Part shown: positions 1 to 9,566 of the stretch, piece after piece
Layout of the letters: each line of letters begins with the position of its first letter
Position numbering within the stretch: position 1 is the first letter of the stretch
NCBI RefSeq assembly: GCF_000015025.1
Contig: NC_008578.1
Location: 1,980,001-2,012,000 of the forward strand
Direction: 5' to 3'
From: Acidothermus cellulolyticus 11B
GTDB lineage: Bacteria; Actinomycetota; Actinomycetes; Acidothermales; Acidothermaceae
Length of the DNA stretch: 32,000 bases
The notes under the pieces: model-generated
Database searches by the model: none
What the model was told of the DNA's origin: nothing
What the model saw: only the letters and a program-made list of their open reading frames with translations
Translations under genes and position numbers: made by a program

Positions 1-3000
1 ATATCACCGATTCCGACACACGTGATGGTATTTCGGTGGATGTCGACACCAAGCTCACGGAAGTGCCGCTTGACCGACTCCCAGGCACCGCGGGCGGTAA
101 TGCCCATCGCTTTATGGTCGTACCCGGCAGAGCCGCCGGAGGCAAACGCATCGGCAAGCCAGTAGTGGTATTCGGCCGCAATTTCATTCGCGATATCCGA
201 GAACGTCGCCGTACCCTTATCCGCGGCGACGACGAGATAGGTGTCATCTCCGTCACGGCGCACCGTACGATCGGGCGGTATCACTGTTCCGGTCGCCGGA
301 TCGAGATTGTCCGTGAGATCCAGCAGGCCCCGGATGAGCGTCCGGTAACACGCGACCACTTCGGCCGCCGCGGCATCTGGATCGTCGGGCAGCGGCCGGG
401 TGACCACGAATCCACCCTTGGCGCCCACGGGAACAATGACGGCGTTCTTCACCGTCTGGGTCTTCGCCAGACCGAGGATTTCCGCACGGAAATCCTCCCG
501 GCGGTCTGAATATCGGATCCCACCCCGGGCGACCGGGCCGAAGCGAAGATGGATTCCCTCCATCCGTGGCGAGTAGACATACGCCTCGTAAAGCGGCCGC
601 GGCTGTGGGAGAAAATCGATGTTCCGTGCGAGGAGCTTGAGCGAGACATAGTCCCGGGAGAGCGGCGGCTCCGTCTGCCAGAAGTTCGTCCGGACCGTGG
701 CCTGAATCGCCGACCGAAAACACCGGAGAATCCGGTCGTCATCCAAGCTGCTGACGGCGTCGAGGGCACGGTCCAGCCGCTGCTCGATCTCCTGTTCGAC
801 CGTAACGTCGGGCGCACGGCCCGGATCGAACCGCAACTCAAAGAGTGCGACGAGCAGCGCCGCGACATCCGAGTTACGGTTCAGGGCAGCCTCGATATAT
901 TCTTGGCTGAAGACGATTCCGGTCTGCCTCAGGTATTTTGCATACGCCCGCAGTACTGTCACCTGCCGCCACGACAAACCGGCACGCAGAGTGAGCGCGT
1001 GAAAGCCGTCGATCTCTGCTCGGCCTTGCCACATCGCGACGATGGCCTCCGCAGCGCCCGCGTACCGCCGGGACTTCTCGTCCTGCGGCACAGCAAAGCC
1101 TCGCCGCAGCCCGAAATCGTAAATCCAGGCGTGTTCGGCGTCCCGCCGTTCGATGCCGTATGGCCGCTCGTCGGTCACCTCCACCCCAAGGCCGGTCAAC
1201 AGCGGAATGAGCGTCGCCAGCGAGATCGGCGGGCCCACACGGCAGATCTTGACCCGAAAGACGTCGCTCCCGGCGGCAGACGGCTCATAGACCTTGACGT
1301 CAATGTCCCGCGGTCCCTGCAGGCGCTCGATGGCACGGACGTCGTCCACCGCGGTGTCCGCGGAGAAGTCCTCCTTATAAGCCTCCGGAAAGGCGCCGTG
1401 ATAGCGATACAGCAATGATGCGGCGGTTTCGTCGTCGAAACGCGCGGTCATCGCATCGGCAAAGTCGTCGTCCCATGTCCGCAGCGCGGCCGCCAGGCGG
1501 CGTTCCAGCTCGTCCCGGTCCACCGCCGGTCGGCTGCCTGGCGGCACGCGGACGACGAAATGCACGCGGGCCAGGACGGAATCCGTCACCCGCAAGGCGT
1601 CGTCGATGCTCGTGCCGCCGAGCGCCTCCAGCAGTAGGCGGCGAAATTCCAGCCGCACCGCCGTGCTGTACCGATCGCGGGGCAGGTACACCAGGCAGGA
1701 GTAGAACCGGCCATACTCCTCGCGACGCAAAAAGAGCCGCAGTCGTCGTCTTTCCCGCAGGTGGAGGACACCCATCGCCACCGTGTAGAGGTCGGATGCC
1801 GATATTTGCAGGAGGTCGTCGCGCGGGTGGTCCTCGATGATTTCCCGCAGCGCCTTGCCGTCGTGGCTGCGCGGCGGAAATCCCGACCGGTCCAACACCT
1901 CCTGCACCTTGCGCCGCACCATGGGAATCGTCAACACCCGCTCGGCATACACCGACGAGGTGAACAAGCCGAGGAAGCGCCGCTCGCCGATGACGTTCCC
2001 TGCCGCATCGAAGACTTTGACACCGATATAGTCCAGGTAGTCGGGCCGGTGCACGGTCGATCGTGAATTCGCCTTTGTTACCACAAGCAGACGCGGCTCG
2101 CGGATTCGGGCCCGTACCTCGGGCGGAAACTCCGCAAGCTTCCGCGGCCCGTGCTGATCGGCGCGGAGAATACCCAGCCCCGTTCCGGGAACAGCCGCCA
2201 AGGCATCCGTCCCCTCTACCGACACGATGCGGTACTCCCGGTAACCGAGGAACGTGAAATGGTCGGCGGCAAGCCACTCGAGGAAGGCGGCGACTTCGTG
2301 CGCGTCATCATCCGCCGCTGGAGGATGCGTGCGCAGTTGCGAGGCGATGCGCAGCGTAGTCGCGCGCATGCGATCCCAGTCTTCGACGGCCGACCGCACG
2401 TCGCGAAGGACGCGGCGTAACGCAGCCACCAGACCATCCGGCTCGATGTCGAGGTGGCTGACGTCGATCCGCATCCACGACTCGATGACCGTACCCAGCG
2501 GCGCATCCTCGGCAGTCACGCGATCGAGCACATCGAGGAGCTCGCCGGTGACCGACCGGCGTACCACGAATTGCGGATGGACGAGCGACTCGACGAAGAC
2601 GCCCAGCCGGGTGAGCTCCTGCGTCACGGAGTCCACGAGAAACGGCATGTCGTCGGTGACAATCACGACCGAACCGCGGCGACCGCCGCGAACCTCAACG
2701 TGAATGTTCTCGGTTCCGACGATCCGGGTTGCGGCTACCTCGCAGTGCCGCCGGACGATTCCTAGCAATTCCTCGGCGCTGTACGCGACGACGTCTTCCG
2801 CCGCCGCCGTTGCGAAGTAGCCGCGCAGGATGGCGGCTTGACGCTCGCTTTCACACAGCTGCGCCGCGTCGTCAATGAGTTCGCGCTTTTTGCGCTCGAC
2901 GTCCTCCCCGGCGCCCGGCGGCACTTCCCGCAAGGGTGCATGACCCAATCCGGTATCACCGAGCGACGCGTCGGCCCGGAAGCCGACCGAGTGCGGAGCG

Positions 3001-3041
3001 ACACGCCGGCCGGGTGTCTCGGAGTCGACCGTGCCGCCCAT
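1..3041 (-). CDS. gdh: NAD-specific large (about 1600 aa class) glutamate dehydrogenase, N-terminal about 1013 codons; gene continues beyond the left edge
   Basis: Not in the supplied ORF track because it has no stop inside the window. Hand translation of the minus strand from ATG 3041..3039 is uninterrupted to position 1. It reads MGGTVDSETPGRR...FLEWLAADHFTFLGYREY...GIHLRFGPVARGGIRYSDRREDFRAEILGLAKTQTVKNAVIVPVGAKGGFV...AADKGTATFSDIAN...GYDHKAMGITARGAWESV, which are hallmark motifs of the bacterial large NAD-GDH family. GC3 is high in this frame. All track ORFs in 1-3040 look like off-frame shadows. Confidence 0.9.
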   Translation of the reverse strand, partial: MGGTVDSETPGRRVAPHSVGFRADASLGDTGLGHAPLREVPPGAGEDVERKKRELIDDAAQLCESERQAAILRGYFATAAAEDVVAYSAEELLGIVRRHCEVAATRIVGTENIHVEVRGGRRGSVVIVTDDMPFLVDSVTQELTRLGVFVESLVHPQFVVRRSVTGELLDVLDRVTAEDAPLGTVIESWMRIDVSHLDIEPDGLVAALRRVLRDVRSAVEDWDRMRATTLRIASQLRTHPPAADDDAHEVAAFLEWLAADHFTFLGYREYRIVSVEGTDALAAVPGTGLGILRADQHGPRKLAEFPPEVRARIREPRLLVVTKANSRSTVHRPDYLDYIGVKVFDAAGNVIGERRFLGLFTSSVYAERVLTIPMVRRKVQEVLDRSGFPPRSHDGKALREIIEDHPRDDLLQISASDLYTVAMGVLHLRERRRLRLFLRREEYGRFYSCLVYLPRDRYSTAVRLEFRRLLLEALGGTSIDDALRVTDSVLARVHFVVRVPPGSRPAVDRDELERRLAAALRTWDDDFADAMTARFDDETAASLLYRYHGAFPEAYKEDFSADTAVDDVRAIERLQGPRDIDVKVYEPSAAGSDVFRVKICRVGPPISLATLIPLLTGLGVEVTDERPYGIERRDAEHAWIYDFGLRRGFAVPQDEKSRRYAGAAEAIVAMWQGRAEIDGFHALTLRAGLSWRQVTVLRAYAKYLRQTGIVFSQEYIEAALNRNSDVAALLVALFELRFDPGRAPDVTVEQEIEQRLDRALDAVSSLDDDRILRCFRSAIQATVRTNFWQTEPPLSRDYVSLKLLARNIDFLPQPRPLYEAYVYSPRMEGIHLRFGPVARGGIRYSDRREDFRAEILGLAKTQTVKNAVIVPVGAKGGFVVTRPLPDDPDAAAAEVVACYRTLIRGLLDLTDNLDPATGTVIPPDRTVRRDGDDTYLVVAADKGTATFSDIANEIAAEYHYWLADAFASGGSAGYDHKAMGITARGAWESVKRHFRELGVDIHRNTITCVGIGD

Positions 3042-3042
3042 G

Positions 3043-4677
3043 TCACCGGTCTTCCATGTGTGGGTAGCGGTAATCGGTCGGCGGTAAGAAATTCTCCTTG
3101 ACAATGCGGGTGGTCGTCCAGCGCAGCAGGTTCTGCACCGATCCGGCCTTGTCGTTCGTCCCGCTGGCTCGACTGCCGCCGAATGGCTGTTGACCGACGA
3201 CAGCGCCCGTCGGCTTGTCGTTGATGTAAAAGTTGCCCGCCGCGTACCGTAACCGCTCGCACGCCAGCGTGATCGCCCGCCGGTCGGTTGCCACGATCGA
3301 ACCGGTCAACCCGTAGCGACTGGTCGTCGCCGCCAGATCAAGGACGTCCGCATAATCGTCGTCCTCGTAGACGAATATCGCAAGAATCGGACCGAAGTAC
3401 TCGGTCGTGAAAACCTCGTCATGCGGATCCTCACCAAGAATCACCGTCGGCCGGACGAACCAGCCGGGATCGTCGGTGTACGTCCCACCGGCGGCAATCG
3501 ACAAGCCCGGCGTTGCAGCGGCCCGCTCGATGGCCGCGACCACCCGCCGATAGGCGCGTTCATCGATCAGCGCACCCATGAAGACCGAGAAGTCGGTGAC
3601 GTCCCCCACCGGTATGTCCGTCACTTCGGCAAGGAACCGATCCCGCATCCGTTTCCAGAGCGACCGCGGCAGATACGCGCGGGAGACCGCCGAGCATTTC
3701 TGTCCCTGGTACTCAAACGCCCCGCGGATCAACGCAGTCTGAAGGACGTCCACGTCGGCTGACGGATGGGCGACGACGAAATCCTTCCCTCCCGTCTCAC
3801 CCACAATGCGCGGGTAATTGCGATATCGGTCAAGGTTCTCCGCCACCCGCCGCCAGAGATGGTTGAACGTCGCCGTCGAACCGGTGAAGTGGACGCCGGC
3901 CAAATCCTCGTGCGCCAGGGCGACCTCCGATACCGCGGCGCCACGTCCGGTCACCATCGTCACCACTCCCGGCGGCAGGCCGGCGTCCTCCAATATGCGC
4001 AGGAGCAAGGAGGCCGCCGCCTGCTGCGTCGGAGCGGGCTTCCAGACCACGACATTGCCCATCAACGCCGGCGCCGTGGGCAGATTTCCCGCTATTGACG
4101 TGAAGTTGAACGGCGTAATCGCTACGACGAAACCCTCGAGCGGGCGATAATCCGCCCGGTTCCACGTTCCCGGCGTGCTCAACGGCTGGTCGGCGAGAAT
4201 CCGCTGCGCAAACCACACATTGAACCGCCAGAAGTCGGCCAACTCGCAAATTGCGTCAATCTCCGCCTGATAACACGTCTTGCTCTGACCGAGCATGGTC
4301 GCGGCCGCCATGGCGGCGCGGTACGGGCCGGTCAGCAGGTCGGCCGCCCGAAGGAAAATCGCCGCCCGGTCCGCGAAATCCATCGCCCGCCACCCGGGGG
4401 CCGCGGCCAGCGCCCGGTCCACCGCTGTCGAGACATCCGCCGCTGTCGCTTCGCCCAGCACCCCCAAGACGGCATCTTTGCGATGCGGCTGCACGACCGA
4501 GATGCGGTCTCCGCCGCCCATCCGGCGCTCGTCTCCCAGCGCCATGGCGAAATCCTGCCGGCTCGCCGCGAGATCCTTAAGTTTTGCGGCCAATCGCTCG
4601 CGTTCCGCCGTCCCGGGCCGATAGTCAATGACCGGCTCATTACGCGGCGCCGGCACCGCCACCAGGCCGTCCACCAT
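3043..4677 (-). CDS. pruA: L-glutamate gamma-semialdehyde (1-pyrroline-5-carboxylate) dehydrogenase
   Basis: Track ORF 3043..4704. Aldehyde dehydrogenase motifs are present ([26 protein letters not shown]). The N-terminus [29 protein letters not shown] resembles my recollection of the mycobacterial PruA N-terminus. I prefer ATG 4677 (GAGGGGA Shine-Dalgarno about 7 nt upstream; 544 aa) over GTG 4704. The stop TGA lies 1 nt before the gdh ATG. Confidence 0.9.
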   Translation of the reverse strand: MVDGLVAVPAPRNEPVIDYRPGTAERERLAAKLKDLAASRQDFAMALGDERRMGGGDRISVVQPHRKDAVLGVLGEATAADVSTAVDRALAAAPGWRAMDFADRAAIFLRAADLLTGPYRAAMAAATMLGQSKTCYQAEIDAICELADFWRFNVWFAQRILADQPLSTPGTWNRADYRPLEGFVVAITPFNFTSIAGNLPTAPALMGNVVVWKPAPTQQAAASLLLRILEDAGLPPGVVTMVTGRGAAVSEVALAHEDLAGVHFTGSTATFNHLWRRVAENLDRYRNYPRIVGETGGKDFVVAHPSADVDVLQTALIRGAFEYQGQKCSAVSRAYLPRSLWKRMRDRFLAEVTDIPVGDVTDFSVFMGALIDERAYRRVVAAIERAAATPGLSIAAGGTYTDDPGWFVRPTVILGEDPHDEVFTTEYFGPILAIFVYEDDDYADVLDLAATTSRYGLTGSIVATDRRAITLACERLRYAAGNFYINDKPTGAVVGQQPFGGSRASGTNDKAGSVQNLLRWTTTRIVKENFLPPTDYRYPHMEDR

Positions 4678-4700
4678 CGCCGTCCCCTCTGGTGCCATCC

Positions 4701-5219
4701 TCACATTCCATCGGCGTACCCTGCGCCAATCCGATCGACCTCACTCGGTGCGTACCAGAGCAAGTCCCGATCGACGATCTGCTCGAGCAGGGCGGGAGCG
4801 TCGTCGGTCTCCTCTCGGATGGCGGCGGCGAGCCGCCGAAGCGCTGGATCAGCCGCGGCGTCGTCGACATGGAGTGCGGCCGCGTCAGAGGCATGGACAG
4901 CGACCCGGGTGCCAAGCGCTGTCATGCCGAGGTCCGGCAGATGTTGGACCTCCCGATCAGGGAGATCGATTGCCAGAACCACCCGGCCGGTCGGTCCCGG
5001 TCGGCCGGCGTTCAGCTCGGCCACGACGAGATGCACCGCGGCCGCGGCGGCCTCGGTCATCGCCGCGTACTCGAGGCCTTCGTCGTCACCTTCGACGTAC
5101 CACTCCCGGAGCGCCGGCGTCACCCCGTGGACCACCGTCCCCGGTCCAACCAATTCGCTCTCCATCCCCTGCCACCGGCGTTTCAGAGCGCTCACGGTGA
5201 ACGGGACGTACAGCCGCAC
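4701..5219 (-). CDS. Acidic hypothetical protein (172 aa), translationally coupled to pruA
   Basis: Track ORF with natural-looking composition and high GC3 ([54 protein letters not shown]...[13 protein letters not shown]). GGAGG lies about 11 nt upstream of GTG 5219. Its stop overlaps the longest pruA ORF (GTGA). No family recognised. Confidence 0.7.
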   Translation of the reverse strand: MRLYVPFTVSALKRRWQGMESELVGPGTVVHGVTPALREWYVEGDDEGLEYAAMTEAAAAAVHLVVAELNAGRPGPTGRVVLAIDLPDREVQHLPDLGMTALGTRVAVHASDAAALHVDDAAADPALRRLAAAIREETDDAPALLEQIVDRDLLWYAPSEVDRIGAGYADGM

Positions 5220-5321
5220 TCGCTCATCCTCCCACCGGGAACGAAAGTATGTTTCGACGCTCAGGGTGCGCGCCGCGACGCCGAAACAGCTAGTGACCTA
5301 CCGACCACTCCGGGAGCACAT

Positions 5322-6512
5322 ATGTCGTCGACCACGCCCGCGTCGCCCGTCACCGGTGGGCACGTTTCCACCGCCAGTCATCCGGACGGCGACGCATCCC
5401 TGCTCGTCGTTCTCAACGTCCCGACAGTGCTCGGACTCGCCAGCCTTCTCGCCGTCCTTGGCCTCGCCCTGAGCGGGACGTGGGATGGCACCCACACCGC
5501 AATTGCTGCGATCGGCGGTGCCGGCACCCTGCTCGCTCTCCTGACCGCCCGGCACATCGGCCGGCGGTTGCGGTCGGACATCAACGCTGTCGCCTCGGTC
5601 GCCGAGGCGCTCGCCGAAGGCGATCTCACGCGGCAATCCGGGGTTGACCGCAGTGACGGACTCGGGCGGCTCGCCCGCGCCCTCGACCGGGCGGTCACCA
5701 CGCTGAGGCAGGACGTCGCCTCCGTGAGTGCCCACGCCCGCACCCTTGGCTCGGCATCAGTACAGCTCAATTCGCTGGCGGCTGCGCTGGGCACCTCAGC
5801 CGAGGCGGTCTCCGCGCAAGCAACCGCGTCAGCTGAAGCGGCCAATGCCGTGACGAACCACGTTCAGGCCGTGTCGACCGGCGGTCAGCAGATGGGCAGT
5901 TCCATCCGTGAGATCAGCGTCAACGCGAGTGAGGCAACCCGGGTCGCCGGACAAGCCGTCGCCGTCGCACAGTCGACGAATGACATGGTGACCCGGCTCG
6001 GCGAATCCTCGTCGCAGATCGGCCAGGTCGTCAAAGTGATCACCGCGATTGCGCAGCAGACGAACCTGCTCGCGCTCAATGCGACGATCGAGGCTGCCCG
6101 GGCCGGGGAAGCGGGCAAAGGATTCGCCGTGGTAGCCGGAGAGGTCAAGGATCTCGCCCAAGAGACGGCCCGTGCCACCGAAGACATCGCGCGCCGGGTC
6201 GAGGCGATTCAGGCGGACACCGCCGGAGCGGTAGCAGCGATCAGTGAAATCAGCTCAATCATCGAGCGGATCAACGAGATTCAAACCGTGATCGCGTCGG
6301 CGGTCGAGGAGCAGACGGCGACCACCAACGAGATGAATCGTGCGGTCGACGAAGCTGCGACCGGCGCGCACGAGATCGCAAACCGGATCGGTCAGGTCGC
6401 GCAGGCTGCACAGCAGACTGCCGGCACGGTGGCGAACACGCGGCACGCCGCCGAGGAGCTGTCACGGCTGTCGGGCGAATTGCAGCAACTGGTCGGGCGC
6501 TTCCGGTACTGA
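5322..6512 (+). CDS. Methyl-accepting chemotaxis protein, hairpin membrane topology (two TM helices with about 8-residue outer loop), HAMP plus MCP signalling domain
   Basis: This is the C-terminal 396 aa of track ORF 4692..6512. The first 210 codons of that ORF are antisense to the 4701..5219 gene and were rejected. ATG 5322 is preceded by GGGAG about 6 nt upstream. Two hydrophobic segments are present ([25 protein letters not shown] and [17 protein letters not shown]), followed by a HAMP-like segment and the canonical MCP hairpin-tip signature [37 protein letters not shown]. Confidence 0.85.
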   Translation: MSSTTPASPVTGGHVSTASHPDGDASLLVVLNVPTVLGLASLLAVLGLALSGTWDGTHTAIAAIGGAGTLLALLTARHIGRRLRSDINAVASVAEALAEGDLTRQSGVDRSDGLGRLARALDRAVTTLRQDVASVSAHARTLGSASVQLNSLAAALGTSAEAVSAQATASAEAANAVTNHVQAVSTGGQQMGSSIREISVNASEATRVAGQAVAVAQSTNDMVTRLGESSSQIGQVVKVITAIAQQTNLLALNATIEAARAGEAGKGFAVVAGEVKDLAQETARATEDIARRVEAIQADTAGAVAAISEISSIIERINEIQTVIASAVEEQTATTNEMNRAVDEAATGAHEIANRIGQVAQAAQQTAGTVANTRHAAEELSRLSGELQQLVGRFRY

Positions 6513-6570
6513 TCAAGCACTTTCGGTACGGATCAAGCGCTCCCGGCACGGATCAAGCGCTTCCGCTTCG
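6491..6570. repeat. Imperfect 20-bp tandem repeat, about 3.5-4 copies, unit GATCAAGCGCTTCCGGTACG
   Basis: Copies are 6491-6510 ggtcgggcgcttccggtact, 6511-6530 gatcaagcactttcggtacg, 6531-6550 gatcaagcgctcccggcacg and 6551-6570 gatcaagcgcttccgcttcg. The palindromic TGATCA at unit junctions supplies the MCP stop (TGA 6510-6512) and the Ssd-like stop (tca 6553-6555, minus strand). Confidence 0.85.
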
Positions 6571-7854
6571 CCGCGCCGAGAGCACCATGCGCGCCAGCTG
6601 CGCGAACGCCCGGACCGCAGGTGACTTCGGCGCACACTCCCGGAGGAGCCGTCCGTCCGCCACGGCCCGGTCGAATGCGGGCCGGTCATCCGGGATAAAC
6701 ACTACGTCGGTCACGCTGGCAAACTTCGCCAGCTCGGCTCGAATTTGCCCGGACACGTGAGGACCCGAGATTGGTCCAGGGCGCAGCCGGTTCACCACGA
6801 CTCGAATCGCAGCATCAGGAACAATCTCCCGCAGGCGATCAATCCCTCGGATCAAGCGATGCAGGCCGATCGGGTCCGCGGAACCGACGGCGACCACCTG
6901 ATCGGCGTCCGCCACAGTCACCAGCGTCACGGCGTTGCGCCGAGGCGCAAGGGTGTCGTAGCTCAACTCGTCGTCGTCCTCCAAACAGAAAGCGCAGTCG
7001 ACGACGACCGTCTCGGCGAGCTGCCGGGCGAGCGCATACACGCTGCGCAGACTTGCGACCCGCAGCTCCGGCCAACGCTCCGGGCGGCTGATGCCGGTGA
7101 GCACCCGCAGGTTGTCGACCACAACCGGAGCGAGCCGGTGCAATGCGGGGACGTCGAGGGTGCCGGCGTTGGCGTGCCGAACGGCCGCCGCCAACCCGGG
7201 AGCTTCGTCCAGCAAGCCGAGGAGCTGGGCGACCGCGCCGCCGTAGGTATCCGCGTCGATCAGCAACGTCGGATGACCCAGCGCTGCCGACTCCGCGGCG
7301 AGTCCGATCGCGACGCTGGTCCGTCCAGGTGCGCCGGTCGGACCCCATACCGCAATCAGCTGATTCCCCTCACCGAGGCTGACCGGTTCGGGCGACCATC
7401 CGGCCTCCCTCCCCTCAAGCGCCGGCCCGGGAACACCAACCCCGCCGGACAGTTCCCCACGGCCAGCAGCCGCGGGCGAAGCTGCCGCCTCTTGCGCCGC
7501 TGACCGAAGCGCGGCACTGACCAAAGCCGCGAGAGACCGAGGATCGTCGTCGGCTCGCCCGAACCACTGGACGCCGAGCTGGCGAAGGCGCCGGTCGTCG
7601 TCCGGCCGGGTTGCCACTCCGACCACCGCGACATCGCACGCCCGGAGCCGGTGCAGGACTTCCAGGTCGAGCCGGGGCAGGCCGGCGGATACGATCACCG
7701 CCCGGATCGTGCCGCCAGCCGCGCACGCCAGCAGATCCGCAACGTCGACACACCGGCGGACGACGACCAGCCCGCTGTCGGCGGACTCCAGTCGGGCGAC
7801 GAGGTCAGCCTCCCAGGTCGACTCCCATCCGGCGGTGGCGATCGGCACCCGCAT
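6553..7854 (-). CDS. Ssd / CpaE(TadZ)-like ParA/MinD-family ATPase with receiver-like N-terminal domain
   Basis: Track ORF 6553..7944. The preferred start is ATG 7854 (MRVPIATAGWEST...), 4 nt after the TAG stop of the upstream SAF gene. It has a deviant Walker A (VWGPTGAPGRTSVAIGLA) and MinD/ParA-like blocks (LLIDADTYGG, VVVDCAF). The architecture is typical of actinobacterial septum-site-determining / Flp-pilus CpaE proteins. Confidence 0.85.
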   Translation of the reverse strand: MRVPIATAGWESTWEADLVARLESADSGLVVVRRCVDVADLLACAAGGTIRAVIVSAGLPRLDLEVLHRLRACDVAVVGVATRPDDDRRLRQLGVQWFGRADDDPRSLAALVSAALRSAAQEAAASPAAAGRGELSGGVGVPGPALEGREAGWSPEPVSLGEGNQLIAVWGPTGAPGRTSVAIGLAAESAALGHPTLLIDADTYGGAVAQLLGLLDEAPGLAAAVRHANAGTLDVPALHRLAPVVVDNLRVLTGISRPERWPELRVASLRSVYALARQLAETVVVDCAFCLEDDDELSYDTLAPRRNAVTLVTVADADQVVAVGSADPIGLHRLIRGIDRLREIVPDAAIRVVVNRLRPGPISGPHVSGQIRAELAKFASVTDVVFIPDDRPAFDRAVADGRLLRECAPKSPAVRAFAQLARMVLSARRSGSA

Positions 7855-7858
7855 GGCA

Positions 7859-8569
7859 CTAGCCGCCCGCCGGGGACGCCAGGACGCCGAGTCGCGGCGC
7901 GGCGGTCGCCTGGTCGGTCGGAACCCGGACGACGTCCAGCGCACCCGAACGCGACGCCGCGATCACCGCTGCAACCATCGACTCGGGAACGCGAAGCACG
8001 AGGCCACCCCCGGAACCACCCAGCGATGATTCGCTGATCACATCAGCCACCGTCACATTGGCAATCACAAGCTGGGGTACCGCGAGCGTGCCTTCGGTGG
8101 TCCGCAGGGTGAGATAGACGTCAACCAAGGCGCCGCGGACGTCACCGCGCGGCATGCGGAGACGCTCAATGGGAACCGTGACCAGCCTGACCGGCGTTCC
8201 TGCGCGCTCGCTGACCGCGGAGCGGGGTATCAGCTCGCCTGCGGGAACCGGGCGGGTCACGGTCCACCCGGCAAGATCGCTGCCTCCGGCAACGTAACGG
8301 GCGCCGTGATCACGAAAGCGCACCTTGACCGGTGTCAGATCGCTGTGGCTGAGCGTCGTCCCCGGTGCCAGGTCACGGGCGGCCGCCCACACGGTGTCGT
8401 AGTGCCGAGCCGAGTCGAGGATTTTCGCGCCCGCCGCGATGGAGACGACGATGAGCAGCACCCCGATGACCAAGCGACCGTCCAACCAGGACGGCGGGCG
8501 CAACCGCTGCGCCCGCGGACCGCGGATGACGCGGTGTCCCGCGACCCGTTCGTCCGTCGCGCTCGGCAC
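7859..8569 (-). CDS. SAF-domain protein (CpaB/RcpC-like) with N-terminal membrane anchor
   Basis: Track ORF with GTG start and GGAGGTGG 5-6 nt upstream. It has a single TM segment (LVIGVLLIVVSIAAGA), then a SAF-like region (VWAAARDLAPGTTLSHSDLTPVKV). It sits immediately upstream of the Ssd-like ATPase, as in conserved actinobacterial tad-type loci. Confidence 0.8.
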   Translation of the reverse strand: MPSATDERVAGHRVIRGPRAQRLRPPSWLDGRLVIGVLLIVVSIAAGAKILDSARHYDTVWAAARDLAPGTTLSHSDLTPVKVRFRDHGARYVAGGSDLAGWTVTRPVPAGELIPRSAVSERAGTPVRLVTVPIERLRMPRGDVRGALVDVYLTLRTTEGTLAVPQLVIANVTVADVISESSLGGSGGGLVLRVPESMVAAVIAASRSGALDVVRVPTDQATAAPRLGVLASPAGG

Positions 8570-8708
8570 TCGCCACCTCCAACCGCCTGCGATGATGTTC
8601 GCCAGATGCTAGCACCAGAAGCGACCGCAGGGAAGCAGTGGAAAACGACACCGAACATGAGCAAATGGTGACAGAATACGGTTAAACAGTTCGGCGGCAA
8701 GGAGCGCG

Positions 8709-8948
8709 ATGGCACAGGTGCAACGGCGGTTTCTGCTCCTCTCCGACGTCGCGGAGATTCTCAACATCTCGCCGGCCCAGGCCTACGCATTGGTGCGGTC
8801 GGGCGAGCTGCCGGCGATCAAAATCGGCGGGCGCGGCCAGTGGCGGGTGGAGACGGAGGCGCTCGAACGCTACATCCGGGACGCATATGAGAAGACCCGC
8901 GAATTCGTCGCCACCCACCCATTCGGCGGCTCGGACGACGACGAGTAG
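8709..8948 (+). CDS. Excisionase/MerR-superfamily helix-turn-helix DNA-binding protein (79 aa)
   Basis: AAGGAG Shine-Dalgarno before ATG 8709. The sequence LLLSDVAEILNISPAQAYALVRSGELPAIKIGGRGQWRVETEALERYI is the typical excisionase-family HTH pattern. Confidence 0.85.
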   Translation: MAQVQRRFLLLSDVAEILNISPAQAYALVRSGELPAIKIGGRGQWRVETEALERYIRDAYEKTREFVATHPFGGSDDDE

Positions 8949-8990
8949 GGCCCACCGGTCGGCGTACCGCCACGCTGTGGGTTGGGGACG

Positions 8991-9566
8991 CTAGCGGCTC
9001 CGCACCAGGGTGATGGCCTGCCACGGGATCGTGACGACGGACCGGACCGCGGTTGGGCGAGGCACCTCGCCAGGGTCGTGCTCGAGCAGGTCGACAGCGT
9101 CTGCGCCGACGCGCTGCGGCGTGCCGGTCAGCTGCGTCCCGTCCCGGAGCTGGATGCCGACCACCCGTCGATCACGGGCAAGCCGCCGCAGCAGCAGTCC
9201 GATAGTGATCCGGCTGTCCAGCGGGCCGACCGCATCCTCGGCAACGGCCCAGCGGCCAAGACCCGTGATGGAGACCACGCCGTGGAGCAGGACGAGCAGT
9301 TCTGCGCCCCAGTCGTCTTCGAGCAGCAGCCAATCGTGACCGACCGCGCCGAGCACGCCCGCGATGGGTGACGCGCCCACGAGCCGGACGACGAGTCGCT
9401 GATTGAGGCTGCCGCGGAGTCGATCGACGAGACGGATCGCGCTGAATTCGTACCGCGTGCGGTCAGCCACGGCGGCCAGGGACTCCTCCGCCTCGGTCGC
9501 CTCGAGTTCGCCTTCTAGATCGTCAAAGAGCCGCTGCCAACGCCCGTCGTCCGATCGGTAGGCCAC
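8991..9566 (-). CDS. Hypothetical protein (about 191 aa)
   Basis: Track ORF 8991..9689. The preferred start is GTG 9566 (VAYRSDDGRWQRLFDDLEGELEA...) with GGGAG about 6 nt upstream. GC3 and composition are coding-like downstream of that point. No family recognised. Confidence 0.65.
   Translation of the reverse strand: MAYRSDDGRWQRLFDDLEGELEATEAEESLAAVADRTRYEFSAIRLVDRLRGSLNQRLVVRLVGASPIAGVLGAVGHDWLLLEDDWGAELLVLLHGVVSITGLGRWAVAEDAVGPLDSRITIGLLLRRLARDRRVVGIQLRDGTQLTGTPQRVGADAVDLLEHDPGEVPRPTAVRSVVTIPWQAITLVRSR

Noticed and set aside
4692-5321. The N-terminal 210 codons of track ORF 4692..6512, which would make the MCP 606 aa.
   Set aside because: This part is antisense to the well-formed 4701..5219 gene and has shadow-like composition. 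A good Shine-Dalgarno plus ATG occurs at 5322, immediately before the first TM helix.
8570-8708. Expected location of the actinobacterial 6C sRNA, which I recall lying next to ssd in M. tuberculosis and C. glutamicum.
   Set aside because: The 139-bp SAF/HTH divergent intergenic region shows no pair of hairpins with C-rich loops on either strand. It looks like an ordinary, relatively AT-rich divergent promoter region.
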